Source: Octopus bimaculoides
Taxonomy: Eukaryota
NCBI RefSeq assembly: GCF_001194135.2
Contig: NC_068983.1
Span: 134,704,712 to 134,752,572, forward strand
DNA: 47,861 bases
Direction: 5' to 3'
The position numbers were made by a program, and so were the translations under genes. Below, piece after piece: positions 21,633 through 35,126 of the stretch. Position 1 is the first letter of the stretch, and every line of letters starts with the position of its first letter. The notes below the pieces were generated by a model. That model made no database searches and was not told the DNA's origin. It saw nothing but the letters and a program-made list of their open reading frames with translations.

Positions 21633-23124
21633 TGTATGTGTGTGTGTGAAACATCCAATTTTCCTTGCTCGCATCGATCAGACAGATTTCGTATAGCCGA
21701 ATGCCATTCCCGTCGCCAAACCTCCCCTGCTTTCAAATGAGACAATATTTTACCATGTCCAAACATGATTACGTGGAAGATTGGAAACAAGGAACATCTC
21801 TTGCATGACAGTAACACTCGCTTAAAACTACTGCCCGATGCCAAGGCAAGGAGACAGCAAAACAAACACACATACACGCACACACATATACACATCGAGT
21901 TGATTATTTGTGTAACCATGATGGTCTGTTGATCACATGAGCTGACTTCCATTGTTTCCATTGATTTGTATGTATGTATGTATGTATGTATACAACGATG
22001 AACTGATAAAGTGATAGGTCTAGATGAAGGGCAAAGAGCCATTTCTCTTTATATTTAAAAATCACATTGAGTTAAGTGTTATCAATTTATTAAACATTTA
22101 AACAAATATTTTTTATCGTCACTATAGTTGTAATTTTTTATAATTTTGGGCTCAGCACTAAGTTATATGTTTCTCATGCAAATAACATCCGGGGAAATTT
22201 CCCCCAGTTATTATTTTAAGCTGTCATATTTGTGAATGTTTATAGCTCAAGATTTTTATATCCCTCAGACGCCAAGTGACGGTTAATTGGTGGGAAGATT
22301 AAGCTTCAATGAAATATATTTTCTGTTTTCACTGTACTTACAGACGATCAAACTTACTCTCAACAGCATCGCCCCCGTTCAACTTTTAAGTAATTTAAAT
22401 TTAATTTGGAGTTATTTCCCTTGTCTTTCTTTAAATCAAGAATTTATCATGAATGCTAATGATTTTTCTCTTCACTAAAAGTGAAATTGTAATTAATTAA
22501 AAAGTAATTGATATGTTAGCTCTCCACCACCACATCATTAACTATATGCAATCTAGTAAGGCATCAAAGAAAATTTCAATAACCACATGAAGAAATTTAA
22601 TAACATTTTACCGTGAAAAATAACAATATATGTCATTTAACATACACAGTACTTAAGTACGAGTTACAATTAGTTTCATGCTGTGGAAACACAATGCACC
22701 AACAGATTTATATATCATGCCCTGTGCTTCCAAGCAATCTTTCAGGCTCAAATATACAACATGGCCGGTATTATTCGAAAAAAAAAAAAAATTGGGGGCA
22801 CAGGTCTATGAAAAAAACACAGAGAAAGGACGAGGGGAAGGGGAAGGCAAAAAGTAGGGTGAGAAAAAGCGGAACGAAAAAATAAAAGTTGAAAAGGTAA
22901 AAATAAAAATAAAATGAAAAAGAAGGAAGGAAAAGAGAGAAAGAAAAATAAGAATTGCCTCTCCTATTTCTGTTTAATTAAAATGAATGGTGTTCGAATC
23001 AGATTTAATAAAAGCAAGTGTAAAATATTTCCACGAGGAGGAGGTAAAAGTCTGTGAGACTGCATGCTTAATTCGAAGTTTGACAAGAGAAATTTGTTCA
23101 TATCTTTCATCTTTTATCTTTCAC

Positions 23125-23410
23125 TTTTTTCAGTCATTGGACTGTGGCCATGCTGGAGCACTGTCTTGAAGGGGTTAGTCGAACAAATCGACATTAGAAC
23201 TTTTTTTTTAAGCCTGGTACTTATTCTATCGGTCTGTTTTACTGAACCGTTAAATAACGAGGTCATAAACAAACCAATACTGGTCAAGAGGTAGTGGGAG
23301 ATTAACACATACACAAAGACACATATAGATATAAACATATACGACGGGCTTCTTTCAGTTTCTGCCTACCAAGTCTACTCAAGGCAGTGGTTGGGAAGTA
23401 AACGTCTTAC
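23125..23410 (-). mobile_element. SINE family A, both halves joined
   Basis: Tail motif, internal (CA/TA) segment and atatacgacgggcttc head are contiguous, with a deletion in the head. Confidence 0.75.
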
Positions 23411-23469
23411 CACCACTCTAAATTTATTTAAGATTTCGAATCTGGAATTAAGTAGGGCTGTAGAGTTCT

Positions 23470-24467
23470 GGCATCCAAAAAGAACTTGAGATCGTATGGC
23501 CATACTTAGCCTGGGCCTTGATCTTTTTGTATATAACTCCACTTGATTGAATGTGTTGTGTAGTTACCCTCCAGATCCCATATACAGCTACCTATGTGTC
23601 GAAAAGAAGACTGGTGGTTTGCGCGTCTTAAAATTACTTTAGAATAAATCAGCATAAATTTTCTTTTGGATTTCCTTATTTTGGAGCACTGCTGTGACTT
23701 CGGTTTCATAAAACAGTTGATCAAATATGCCTGATCAAGTAGGAAAGCTTCAGGATTTCGACAGTTACAACTTGGAGTGAGTTCTTAATGTGGTCTACGA
23801 ATGATAATGTTTTTCATATCGGGGCAGCAGCTATATAAAATTTTAATTGTACGTCTATTAAAATTTTTAATATATTTATGGTTAACTAGGAAATGCCTAT
23901 CTATTAAGATCAGGAATTTTTTTTATGTATGTTAGCCTTAGCATTCAAAGAGAAAAAATGGGGAGCAGCCATATTATTTTCCGGAGTCTAGTTTTAGGTT
24001 CCATATTTTTAATGGAAGGGTTGTAAGATATCTTATTTCTGGAGCCACTATCAACCAGGGTATAATTATTGTAGGAAGCTGCTTTATCGAATATTTCCAT
24101 AGAAGAGGAGAGATTAGATATTTTATTACTGATATCGGTTATAAGGTTTTTAAATATTATAGAAAGTGATAGGATGGTTTATGTATGTACATGAGTTCCT
24201 TATTCAGTTTATGATAGGGATTACAAGAGCACAAGTTCAAGTGTAGGAAAAATCTAAGAAATCAGCTTTAGAGAAATTAGTAGGTACCATAATTTTGAGG
24301 CCTAATTGACTAAAAGTATATGTCCATCACCGTCGTCAGATATGCCCAAATTATCATCATGGTATAGACCAATATTATGGGATAGGCACTTAGATCTTAA
24401 TGTATTTAATATATAAAGACCTACTAGATCACATATGTCAGCACTATCATACGACCCCATCGACACA
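23470..24467 (-). mobile_element. Penelope-like element relic (RT C-half + GIY-YIG region)
   Basis: VSMGSYDSADICDLVGLYIL...IGLYHDDNL, LGLKIM...ADFLD, CNCRNPE, SSFRHIGSCIWDL...IKWS; many stops and frameshifts. Confidence 0.8.
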
Positions 24468-25052
24468 ACAAACAATTCATGTTTCTGTTATGTATGTATA
24501 TATGTATCNNNNNNNNNNNNNNNNNNNNNNNNNNNNNNNNNNNNNNNNNNNNNNNNNNNNNNNNNNNNNNNNNNNNNNNNNNNNNNNNNNNNNNNNNNNN
24601 NNNNNNNNNNNNNNNNNNNNNNNNNNNNNNNNNNNNNNNNNNNNNNNNNNNNNNNNNNNNNNNNNNNNNNNNNNNNNNNNNNNNNNNNNNNNNNNNNNNN
24701 NNNNNNNNNNNNNNNNNNNNNNNNNNNNNNNNNNNNNNNNNNNNNNNNNNNNNNNNNNNNNNNNNNNNNNNNNNNNNNNNNNNNNNNNNNNNNNNNNNNN
24801 NNNNNNNNNNNNNNNNNNNNNNNNNNNNNNNNNNNNNNNNNNNNNNNNNNNNNNNNNNNNNNNNNNNNNNNNNNNNNNNNNCAGCATAGCTCCACGCCTT
24901 TCTATTTCAACTTTTGAAAATCAGAGAAATTTGTAAAAACGGCTGAGTGTTTAAAATTTTTTTAACAAGAAGTCTAAACGAATTCCAATGCATTTAAACT
25001 TCTTTTTTCTATATTTCTACTCGTGTACAACAAAATAACTTTGTTTTCTATA

Positions 25053-25555
25053 TACGTGGTCTGATCAATAAGTATTCAGACTGCTGCCATAGTAACGAAG
25101 TTAAAGCACGCAGAGTGAAGCCGCTTGGCACAGATTGACCTTGAACACTGCTGCGTATGTGCACTAAGTTTTAACGTTCTAGTTCACTTCCATTGTTTAC
25201 AGCAGTGCTTAGAAGAAAGGTGTGTAACATGTGATCATCGCATTGATCATGACAGAGAAAGTGGAGTAGAAAATTTCCATCAAAATTTGCCAAAAGCTTG
25301 ATGATACCTGCTCAGAGGCTTACGCAAAGTTTTCAAAAGTTTTCTTCGTTCTTGACACAATCAAGGTGATCTTGTACAACTGAAACCCGAGTGTCTTTTT
25401 GGTCAGCTGAAAGCAGTTTTGGCATAAACTTAGCAGACAAGCGTCTCATACCCAAATCTTCACTGATAATGGATTGAACTGAACCGTAACTAATCTGCAC
25501 ATCCTCTGATAACTCACGGATGCTGATTTGACGATTTCTCCTCCCAGCTGCACTA
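25053..25555. mobile_element. Mariner relic with internal inversion
   Basis: TA + cgtggtctgatcaataagt TIR and MTEKVE*KISIKICQKL (plus strand, from 25249) fused at ~25335 to minus-strand ISIRELSEDVQISYGSVQSIISEDLGMRRLSAKFMPKLL. Confidence 0.75.
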
Positions 25556-25561
25556 CGCGCG

Positions 25562-25605
<44 letters not shown>

Positions 25606-25904
25606 TTACACTGCATTGAATTAGGATGTATTTTTTAATGCGGATCTAGTCTTATTTGAGAAGGCTGAATTTAAGAGCCTGAAAAAGGTGAACATATTCC
25701 CTTTGGTCTTAAATATACAGCAAGGAGTAAAATTTACAACTGTAACGGACATTGGTAAAACACGTCAAATATGATTACGAAGTGTGATTTATATTGTGAG
25801 TGATGTGGAAAATGGAGAGAAGGGCGTGGTTTATTTGGTGAGCAGCGTGGCTAATGGAGTGATGGGTGTGGTTTATATAGTACGTAATACTGTTATAATT
25901 TACC

Positions 25905-26070
25905 TCGAATGATGAAAATTAGGATTAGAGGCGTTCCAGTCGTGACCATGTTGTCTTACTGTTTTAAACATAGTGCATCTAAGACCAGCCAATGCATTCT
26001 CCCATACTAATTTCAAAAAAGTTGTAGGGTGTGATTTGAAGGAAATTTGGCAGCCTTTTCCAGCAGATCG
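25905..26070. mobile_element. Repeat family D copy
   Basis: ggcgttccagtcgtgaccat...gtgatttgaaggaaatttggcagc. Confidence 0.45.
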
Positions 26071-27788
26071 CATGACCATGTCAGCTCTGTTAAAGAACAT
26101 AGTGTGGGGAGAATTGTGACTGGATTGAGGATAAATATAATTAGCGTAAGTCAAGTAGCTAATATTCGGCCAGCAATATTTTTCAGCTCATGACAGGCCA
26201 CATGGCCCAATAATAGGAGAAGACCATAAAAAAGTGATGGTGTCATATGACGGTCATGCATTCCCCCGCTAAAATTCAGCGAAACTGTTTCGGCTGCAAA
26301 ACGAAATGTGATACGGTCTTGACACGCGAGAAGTTTATTTCTTCTATATTTCGCGTATGCCACTTTCCATATTAAAACCAATTTTCTTAATAACGTTGTC
26401 CATATTGCAATAAATAGCTTTCAAGATATTTTCAGTTGGAATATCTAATCTAAACACTCGTTTTCATTTCATAAGGGAAAGAAAATAAAAGCAAACCAAC
26501 TGTAACACTAACTGGAAATTCTACGACAGTTTTCGCAAGGAGAAATAATGGCAATCATTAAGAATAATTAAAATGCGAACGGTAATTTATCTTATCGTTG
26601 TACAATGTCAACAAGTAACCCTATACTCGATTTTCTAATCTCCTAAGAAATATTTTATCTGCAAATCATAAATTTGATATCATTTGTTGTGTTTAAATCT
26701 ATATCACAGTTGAAGAAGCGAGTTGATTAATTAAAATATGTTAAGAAAACGTTCAATCTAATTTTGTAGAAGCAGACGGCTGATGTATGAACGTATCATT
26801 TGCAGGCCTACTACACGGTCTTGATATACAATTGCATATCTTTACCATGAAGTTAAAACGAAGTCGTATTAGTCTCAGCTACTAAAGTAATTACCTCATA
26901 CAACACGTCTCTTTAGAATAACCATACAATGAAAACATTCTTCTCGGAGTAACTTGACAGCTGAAACAATTATTTATTTGTAACAACTTGAAGATAGCCG
27001 AGCAAATGTCAGCATCTTTGATTTAATATAACACTGTGCAGCTTGACATCACAATGTCCTTATTCTACGAGCGAGGTATCAATATTCTGGTTCAGACTTT
27101 AATTTGACAGACACCCAAACACACCACAAATACACACATACGTGCACATTTAAAGAAATGCCGAAATAATTATAGCGAAGGAAATCAGAATCATAGAAAA
27201 GGTGAGTGCCAAATAGCGAGTGTTGCTTTGAATGTACAAAAGATAGTATCTAATGAAGATACAATTAGGGAATAGTCCATTTTTATATTGTTTTGTTTTT
27301 CTATGTCTAGGTGGTCGAACGGAAGCTTCTCTCTCTCTCTTCCTACTTTTTTTCTATTCACTTTCTTCTCCCGCTCTATATACCGCTTTCTCAATCGCTT
27401 CCCTTCTCTTTCTTCTAATCTCTCTTTCTCAATATCTATTTACAGCTATGTACTCTAAGCCAGTGATCTCCTTATTTTTTTTCACGACATTAGCCCCAAA
27501 GATCACTGAAAGACTAATTAAGAACCTTTAAATGTAATAGAAATAATATAGTTTGTTGTGTCTATGGAGAGTCATTGTGCCAATATCATTAATACGTGTG
27601 TGTTAATTAGTATAGTGTGTGTTAATGACTCTCCCTAAACACAACAAAATTTGTTTCAACACACAAATTCATATAACGAATTTTACAAACCAGATACAAA
27701 AACGAAGTAGATATAATACAGACAGAGAGACAGACAGGCAGACAGAGAAGCAGGCAGACAGACTGATAGATAGATATAGATGCATATA

Positions 27789-29060
27789 CGAGGTTGGGTC
27801 AAAAGATTTTTTCGTATTTCAATATTTAATTAATAGTTCAAACATATTACACACGAAAAGCGTTTATTCAGCAAAATATATACCATCATATTCTATTGTC
27901 TGTTGCCATCTTTGTGTCAGAAGTTCAATTCCACGCTTAGCTGGTTTAGAGGCAAAAAATTCTCTGCGCCTGTTTTCAACTTCATCCACGTTGATGAACC
28001 TTCGTCCGTGAAAGAAATGAGCTATGACTCGGAAAAGGTAGTAATCTGACGGTGCAAGGTCTGGACTGTAGGCAAGGTGAGGCAACACTTTAAAATCTTC
28101 AGTTCCTCAAGTTTGCGCTTGGTCACATTGACAGTGTATGCTAGAGCATTGTCATACTTTAGGAGTGTGCATCTTCGATCAACCAGCGCCAAGTAGCGGG
28201 CTTTCGAAGCATCATACACTCGCTGCAGTTGTTGAACATAAAGGTTAGCGGTCACAACATGACCATATGGAACAAGCTCAAAGTGCAACACGCCCTCGAA
28301 ATTCCACCAAACACACAATATGACCTTCTGTTCAAACCACCCTTGTTTGACAGTAGGTTCCGAAGCTTAGCCGAAACGAAGCCACCGATTTCCCTTATTA
28401 GGATTACGAAAAGTGATCCATTTTTTATCCACATTTACAATTCGACACCAAAAACGGACATCTCGAGGATTTGCCAGCAGTTGTTTGCATGTTCACTCGT
28501 CGTTGAACCTGGTCATTGGTCAGTTCAAGAGGAACTTCTCAAAAGCGTCTGTTCATAAGGCCGAACTTATGCAAGTGTTGAATGATGGTGTTTTGCGAAG
28601 GACCAAGTTCTGCCGACAATGTACGAGTACTTGTGCTTGGCTGTTGTTCAGACAAGGCCTTATCTTCCACAACAGTAAGTTTCCGTGACCTTGGTTTGTC
28701 TCCGAGGTTAGTGTCACGTTCCACGAAACGTCTGAACCAGTTTTGTACCACATATTCGTCGACAATTCCTGGGCCTTCCACTACATTAATTTCTTTTGCT
28801 GCAGTCTTTGCACTTGGTCTTTTCTCCAACTGTTTGTGTAAAATGGCTCTAATTGCAATTTTTTCGCTACTCATTACCAAAGATGTAAAACAAAGAATAA
28901 ACAATTAAAGTTTATATGTTATATATGAAATTAAACAATAAGCAATTCAGCCACGATTGGACAACAATTTGTATCAAATTAATAATATAATATAGAGATT
29001 CAAGTTGCCAAAAATCACCAGCAAAAATTAAAAAAGAAACAACTTTTGACTCAATCTGGG
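27789..29060 (-). mobile_element. Full-length dead mariner (DD34D-type)
   Basis: TA flanks at 27787-88 and 29061-62; imperfect TIRs (gaggttgggtcaaaagatt / cagattgagtcaaaagtt); ~1.27 kb. Confidence 0.85.
27864..28874 (-). pseudogene. Mariner transposase pseudogene
   Basis: MSSEKIAIR...NWFRRF, RIVNVDKKWITF, CVWWN...LLKYDNA, YSPDLAPSDYYLF across several frames. Confidence 0.85.
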
Positions 29061-29249
29061 TATACAGCTTTTCATTTTACTTTATTGAAAAAATCTATAC
29101 CACTCCATAAAAGAAAAGCAGACAAAAATAGCACTCCATAAAATGCATGAAGAATCTAATCTTATATCTCAAGACTCTTGTTATAATTTATTCTTGTTAT
29201 AATTTATTGGTTAGGTTACTTTTGCAGTTGTTTCATGGAATTCTTTAAT

Positions 29250-30230
29250 AGTAACGAAAGCGAAAATCAGTACGCCCAACTTGCGAAGTTGTTTGCTTTA
29301 CTTTTTGTTCGAGTCATTGTTACAGAGAATACCTTCTGGCAGAGATATGTATTGGAAAATCGAATAAGGATTTTCAAAGCTTCAGTAACCAGCTTTTTCT
29401 TTTCATTTTGATCACTTTATTGAACATCACGTTAAGAATTTTAATTTTCTCACCAAGTCAACGTTTGACTGCAGAGGGTTGAATTTTTGCCTCATTAAGA
29501 ATACTTACCGTATAAACTGCATCAAATGGATTTAACGCTCAGCTTAATTTTCTTCTGCTGTAAGAAGTATTTTTGTGTATAAAAATTTAAAAAGCAAGGA
29601 TGATTAATGGTATTGTCTATAATGCTGCTGTAGTCTTTAAAATTTGATTCAAACCCGTCAGCATATAACGAAGACTGAAAAACTTTCTTTTCTTTTGACA
29701 CTTTCTTCTCCAGGCATTAACAGAGCATGAAGTCCTTGGATTTTTCTAATTGACAATAAAAGTGCTATAATCTTTTTCTTGTAGTAATAACTGTTTAAAT
29801 GTTCAAATATAGAAGCCATATAACCGCAATGTGATGGGCTTCTTTGAGTTACTGGAGAAAGCTACAAAGTTAGTCTTCATTTTGATACGAGAATTTCCTT
29901 ACGAAATTTGAAAAACCGACCCAAGGATTTTCCATTCGAAAGCACCAAACTAGAGAAAGCAGTAACAAAAGTGTACGTTTGACATTCATACCTTCACAAA
30001 GGCTTTGAAACGTCAGGATATTTTGAATGGAATTTTTATATAACTGGCACACGTTACATCATCATATTTCTCTTAAGTCAACTCTGAGTTTGTGCTTTTC
30101 CAATTTGTTTTTCTATGAAAAATTCTGTGCGTACTGAAGCATATGGAAAAAAACATGTTCACAGCATTCACTGCCCCTGACAGAATATTCATCATTGTCG
30201 CAGTCCCATTAGTGGTTAAGGAAACGCATT
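29250..30230 (-). pseudogene. hAT (Charlie/Buster-like) transposase relic
   Basis: LSNGKSLGRFFKFRKEI (cf. RWLSRG..L.RF), MASIFEHLN, FSNTYLCQKVFS (cf. TYLCE.GFS of the hAT dimerisation domain). Confidence 0.7.
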
Positions 30231-31734
30231 TGTCCCAGGGAATTTGAACTTGAACAAGGAAATCATCAATCTTATTGAAAATAGTTTTTCTAGAGATATC
30301 CTCACTATTTTCAATGCAAAATAGATAATATTCAGCTATATTCTGTATAGTGTCAGAAACATATAGAAAACAAAATAATAAAGATGTTCATGATTAATCA
30401 TGATGGTGCTTTCATCCATTTTCAAATCATAGTATGATTCCGTGATTTGTACAAGATCTTTCCTTTTAAATCTACACACCAACAATTGGCTCTTTATTTT
30501 ATTGTACTATTTATCAGACGGTAGTGATAAATGTAGAAACATTAGCTAAGTCTTTAGGAGATACATCTCTGGCCTAAAGGAAGAGACAGTGTAAACAGTT
30601 ATTACCGATATCATTATCTCAAAATCTGATGAAAAATTTTACGATTTTTAATTTTATAATTTGAAAACATTATTTTCCGTGATTTGTACAAGATCTTTCC
30701 TTTTAAATCTACACACCAACAATTGGCTCTTTATTTTATTGTACTATNNNNNNNNNNNNNNNNNNNNNNNNNNNNNNNNNNNNNNNNNNNNNNNNNNNNN
30801 NNNNNNNNNNNNNNNNNNNNNNNNNNNNNNNNNNNNNNNNNNNNNNNNNNNNNNNNNNNNNNNNNNNNNNNNNNNNNNNNNNNNNNNNNNNNNNNNNNNN
30901 NNNNNNNNNNNNNNNNNNNNNNNNNNNNNNNNNNNNNNNNNNNNNNNNNNNNNNNNNNNNNNNNNNNNNNNNNNNNNNNNNNNNNNNNNNNNNNNNNNNN
31001 NNNNNNNNNNNNNNNNNNNNNNNNNNNNNNNNNNNNNNNNNNNNNNNNNNNNNNNNNNNNNNNNNNNNNNNNNNNNNNNNNNNNNNNNNNNNNNNNNNNN
31101 NNNNNNNNNNNNNNNNNNNNNNNNNNNNNNNNNNNNNNNNNNNNNNNNNNNNNNNNNNNNNNNNNNNNNNNNNNNNNNNNNNNNNNNNNNNNNNNNNNNN
31201 NNNNNNNNNNNNNNNNNNNNNNNNNNNNNNNNNNNNNNNNNNNNNNNNNNNNNNNNNNNNNNNNNNNNNNNNNNNNNNNNNNNNNNNNNNNNNNNNNNNN
31301 NNNNNNNNNNNNNNNNNNNNNNNNNNNNNNNNNNNNNNNNNNNNNNNNNNNNNNNNNNNNNNNNNNNNNNNNNNNNNNNNNNNNNNNNNNNNNNNNNNNN
31401 NNNNNNNNNNNNNNNNNNNNNNNNNNNNNNNNNNNNNNNNNNNNNNNNNNNNNNNNNNNNNNNNNNNNNNNNNNNNNAAATTTGTCCTAATATTAAACAT
31501 TTTAATTAATCTTTCCTGTCAAAATCTTATAATGAATTTTGTCATAACTAATTCTTTTTTGCGAACCCCAAGCGAGGTTATCAAGATGGTCTAATACGGA
31601 GTATTATTCATGTAGGTGAAAATTGCATATATATACAATGAATAAAATTAGTTTATTTAAAAGATTAATTTTTATTTTGACTATCAAATTCAATTTTAGA
31701 GATAAAAAAAGATGCTTTAATAACGATTTCAAAT

Positions 31735-31927
31735 TTTGGCACAAGGCCAGTAATTTCGGTGTAGGGGTGGGGCGGAATAAGTCGACTGGTACTTATTTTA
31801 TCGACCCCGAAAGGATGAAAGGCGAAGTCGACCTCGGTGGAATTTGAATTTAGAACGTAAGGACAAACGAAATGCTACTAAGCCGTTTGCCCGGCATGCT
31901 AACGATTATGTCAGCTCGTCGCCTTAA
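31735..31927 (-). mobile_element. SINE family B
   Basis: tttatcgaccccgaaaggatgaaaggcgaagtcgacctcgg...gctcgtcgcctta, as at 2110-2239. Confidence 0.8.
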
Positions 31928-33024
31928 GATGCTTTAATATTATGCTATATGCCGCAACGAGAATGGATAGCAGCATTGTAGGTAGCTAGTTAGTTCCTTA
32001 CAGTATTTTCATAGCTATGAGTAGAATTTAGTCTCGGAAGTGTTGGTATGTACAACATATGTAGTTGCATTAACTTCTTGGTGTCTTCAAGTTTGGAGAT
32101 CACGCTTTGTCGTGCTGAATTCGAGGCCTACTTCCTGCTTGTTAATTGGTCATTAGTGTTTGTTAGATAGCACTTATCTATAGAAGCCTGGCATAGAATA
32201 TTGCTTTACTTATTATTGTTGTGAATGCACTTGTGTTTGATGAGAAGCATAGAGATGTGGCCTGTTCTGCCATAAATACATAAATGATAAATAGATAAAG
32301 AGAGGAGAAGAGAGAAGAGAGACAGACAGACAGACAGACAGAGACATAGCGTGATGGGGAGTTTACAATATTTCACTACTTCCATATGTCAAGGCAATTC
32401 TCAAATTGATAGATACAAAAACCTTTACAATTAAAGTCATTCAAATAGTTACAGATGTCACGAACACAATGAACCTCAGTCCTCTCAATGTTTCTCAAGT
32501 TTAAGACTTCAACATTGAATGCCTATTAAGAATCATCTTATTTCTTACTGTCGTGTCAGTAAAGAATATTCCTTCCCTCCATATTTCTTTATCTTCAATA
32601 ATGCAACGATGTCAAATTCTAACTTTTCAAATTATTCTTGGTAATTGAGACATCCTAGTTGCATAATCACAATGGAAGCTTTTCAATGTGTCTTCTAACT
32701 GCTTGCTATTTCATTTTACACCGTGAAAGTAATTCGTAACTTTAGAAATTGCGTTTAATAGAGCGATCGATAACTCCATTCACTGGTTACAGTGATTCAA
32801 ACAAGAATGGAACATACACTGCCAACTCAGCTCATTAGTAGCCTGCCATTACTCCGTAGTGATCGCTCATCTATGATCTATGGAGTCCCTAGTTTTGAAT
32901 AATAAAATATCACTTCTATCTGTATTATGTTACTGTTTTGTCTGACAATTTAGTGAATATTTTCTGTGACGAATACGGAGACCGGCTGCTTGAAAGACCT
33001 ACTCACCACAGCTTTGAAAACCTA

Positions 33025-33095
33025 CTGTAATAATGATGATGATGATGATGATGATCATGATGATGATGATGATGATGATAATAATAATAATAGTA

Positions 33096-33153
<58 letters not shown>
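33025..33153. repeat. (GAT)n(AAT)n microsatellite
   Basis: Directly visible; source of the poly-D/N ORF. Confidence 0.95.
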
Positions 33154-33154
<1 letters not shown>

Positions 33155-33155
<1 letters not shown>

Positions 33156-33615
33156 CCCTGATACAGTACCAGGCACTGGCACTCATGGCTTCTGATCTTA
33201 ACTGATTGGAAGCGTTATCATGTTCATTGTTTTGTTTTGGTATAAAAAATGGACTACTGCAAATATTCTGCTCAATACCACGGATTTGCTTATCAGCTGT
33301 TTGTCCTTAACCAGTTGAGCATGTCTCTTGGTGGCTGACGATATGTGCATCTCTGATCACGAGCAAAAGTAGTGGAGGAGCATCATATTCATGTGTTGAG
33401 AGGAATTCTTTGGGATTTGGATAATCCACCTTTGGAAACATGGGTGTTTCGTTCAACATCCTTAAACGACCCTTATTTAGAGACCTTTTGAGCGGAATGG
33501 GCTACTCGACCTGAAGAAAATTCTAACTGGGCCCCACCTGCACTATTTATCTTGATATGAGATCACCATGTTACACACATATAGTTGTGATGCACGAGCC
33601 TAGTGTACCCTTATC
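33155..33615. mobile_element. Probable interspersed repeat, class unknown
   Basis: Recalled as a common octopus repeat segment; no second copy in this window. Confidence 0.3.
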
Positions 33616-33616
33616 A

Positions 33617-34145
33617 GACAAGTAACTGCAGAATGTGTGGCGATGAAATGGACAAGAAACAATAAATCATATTATCTCTGGCTGCCCAGTCTTAGCTAAG
33701 AAGGAATATATTCACAGACACGACAGAGCTGGGACCTATATACACTGGAAGCTATGCCAACACTATGGAATAACAACAGGAAAAAGATGGTATAAACACA
33801 CGCCAGAAAAGGTCACAGAAAATGAGAAAGCAACCATACTCTGGAATATGCCAATACACACAGATAGAGAAATTAAGGCCAATAGACCAGATATAGTTGT
33901 CAAAGATCATGAAGGAAAAAAATATTTTCTAATTGATGTATCAATACCAGCAGATGACAACGTTTCCCTAAAAGAAATGGAGAAACTTTCAAAATACAAA
34001 GACCTGGAAATAGAGGTAACTCGAATGTGGAATCTAAAAACAGAAACAATTCCTATCATAGTAGGTGCCTTAGGTATAATAAAAAAATATTCAGACAAAT
34101 ACATAACAAAAACACCAGGACTTACAAATATATATAACATTTAGA
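33617..34145 (+). mobile_element. R4/Dong-like RLE fragment (second family)
   Basis: CRMC...HIISGCPVLAKKEYIHRHD zinc knuckle, NRPDIVVKD...LIDVSIP...EKLSKYKDL RLE motif. Confidence 0.9.
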
Positions 34146-34149
34146 AAAA

Positions 34150-35044
34150 TGAGTAGATATAGATGCCTATGTAGTGAAGAAAGTTTATTAAAAGCTGCCA
34201 GAGTCACAGCAAGACATAGAGAAACCAAAACCTCAAATGTAGTTAAAAACCAGAAGAAAGAACAGAAATTATCTGACTGGCAGGAGAAGGCTTTGCATGG
34301 TGTATTCCCAAAGATAGTTGTAGCAAATAGCAGAAGTGAGACATGGTTATGATTGCAGAATGGAAAACTGAAGAAGGAGACAGTGAGTTTGTTAGTAGCA
34401 GCACAAGATCAAGCATTAAGGAGTAATTGGATAAAAGCCAAGATAGACAAAGACCAAGTAGATTCCCAATGTAGATTATGCAAATCAAAAGAGGAAAGCG
34501 TTACTCACTTAATAAGTGAATGCAGCATGCTGACACAGAAAGAATACATGAAAAGTCATGACAATCTAGGGAGAGTAATCCACTGGGAGTTATGAAGAAA
34601 GCTAGGATTTGAATATACTAATAAATGGTATGAACAAGAACCTAGTAAAGTACTAGAAAGTAAGAAATATAAGATGTTGTGGGACTTTAACATTCAAACT
34701 GACAGAGTAATAGAAGCTAGAAGGCCTGATTTAGTAGTAGTAGTAGTAGTAGTAGTAGTACCAGAACCTCGCCATTGAATTACAGAGACTATGGAAAGTG
34801 CGGGTAAAATGTATCCCAGTAGTTATAGGTACATTGGGAACTATCCCTAAAGATTTGAACAGATGGATAGAGGGAATAGGCATAAAACCCAGTTTAGTAC
34901 AGATGCAGGAAACAGTGTTATTAGGGATAGCTTGGATACTTAGGAGAGTTCTTGGTATCTAAGGTTACTTGTTGTAACTCAATAGGGGAGTTCTTGGTAT
35001 CTAAGGCTACATGTTGTAGCCTTATTCCTTGCTTCTGAAGTAGG

Positions 35045-35125
<81 letters not shown>
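34150..35125 (+). mobile_element. R4/Dong-like RLE fragment (third family) with (TAT)n tail
   Basis: AAQDQALRSN, CRLCKSKEESVTHLISEC, RRPDLVV, IPVVIGTLG...RRVLGI*; internal deletion at (GTA)n; long (TAT)n at the 3' end. Confidence 0.9.

Positions 35126-35126
<1 letters not shown>

Noticed and set aside
30439-30747. Exact 72-bp direct repeat (30439-30510 and 30676-30747)
   Set aside because: The second copy ends exactly at a gap; most likely a scaffolding overlap or collapsed tandem repeat.
32966-33205. Poly-D/poly-N protein
   Set aside because: (GAT)n(AAT)n microsatellite.
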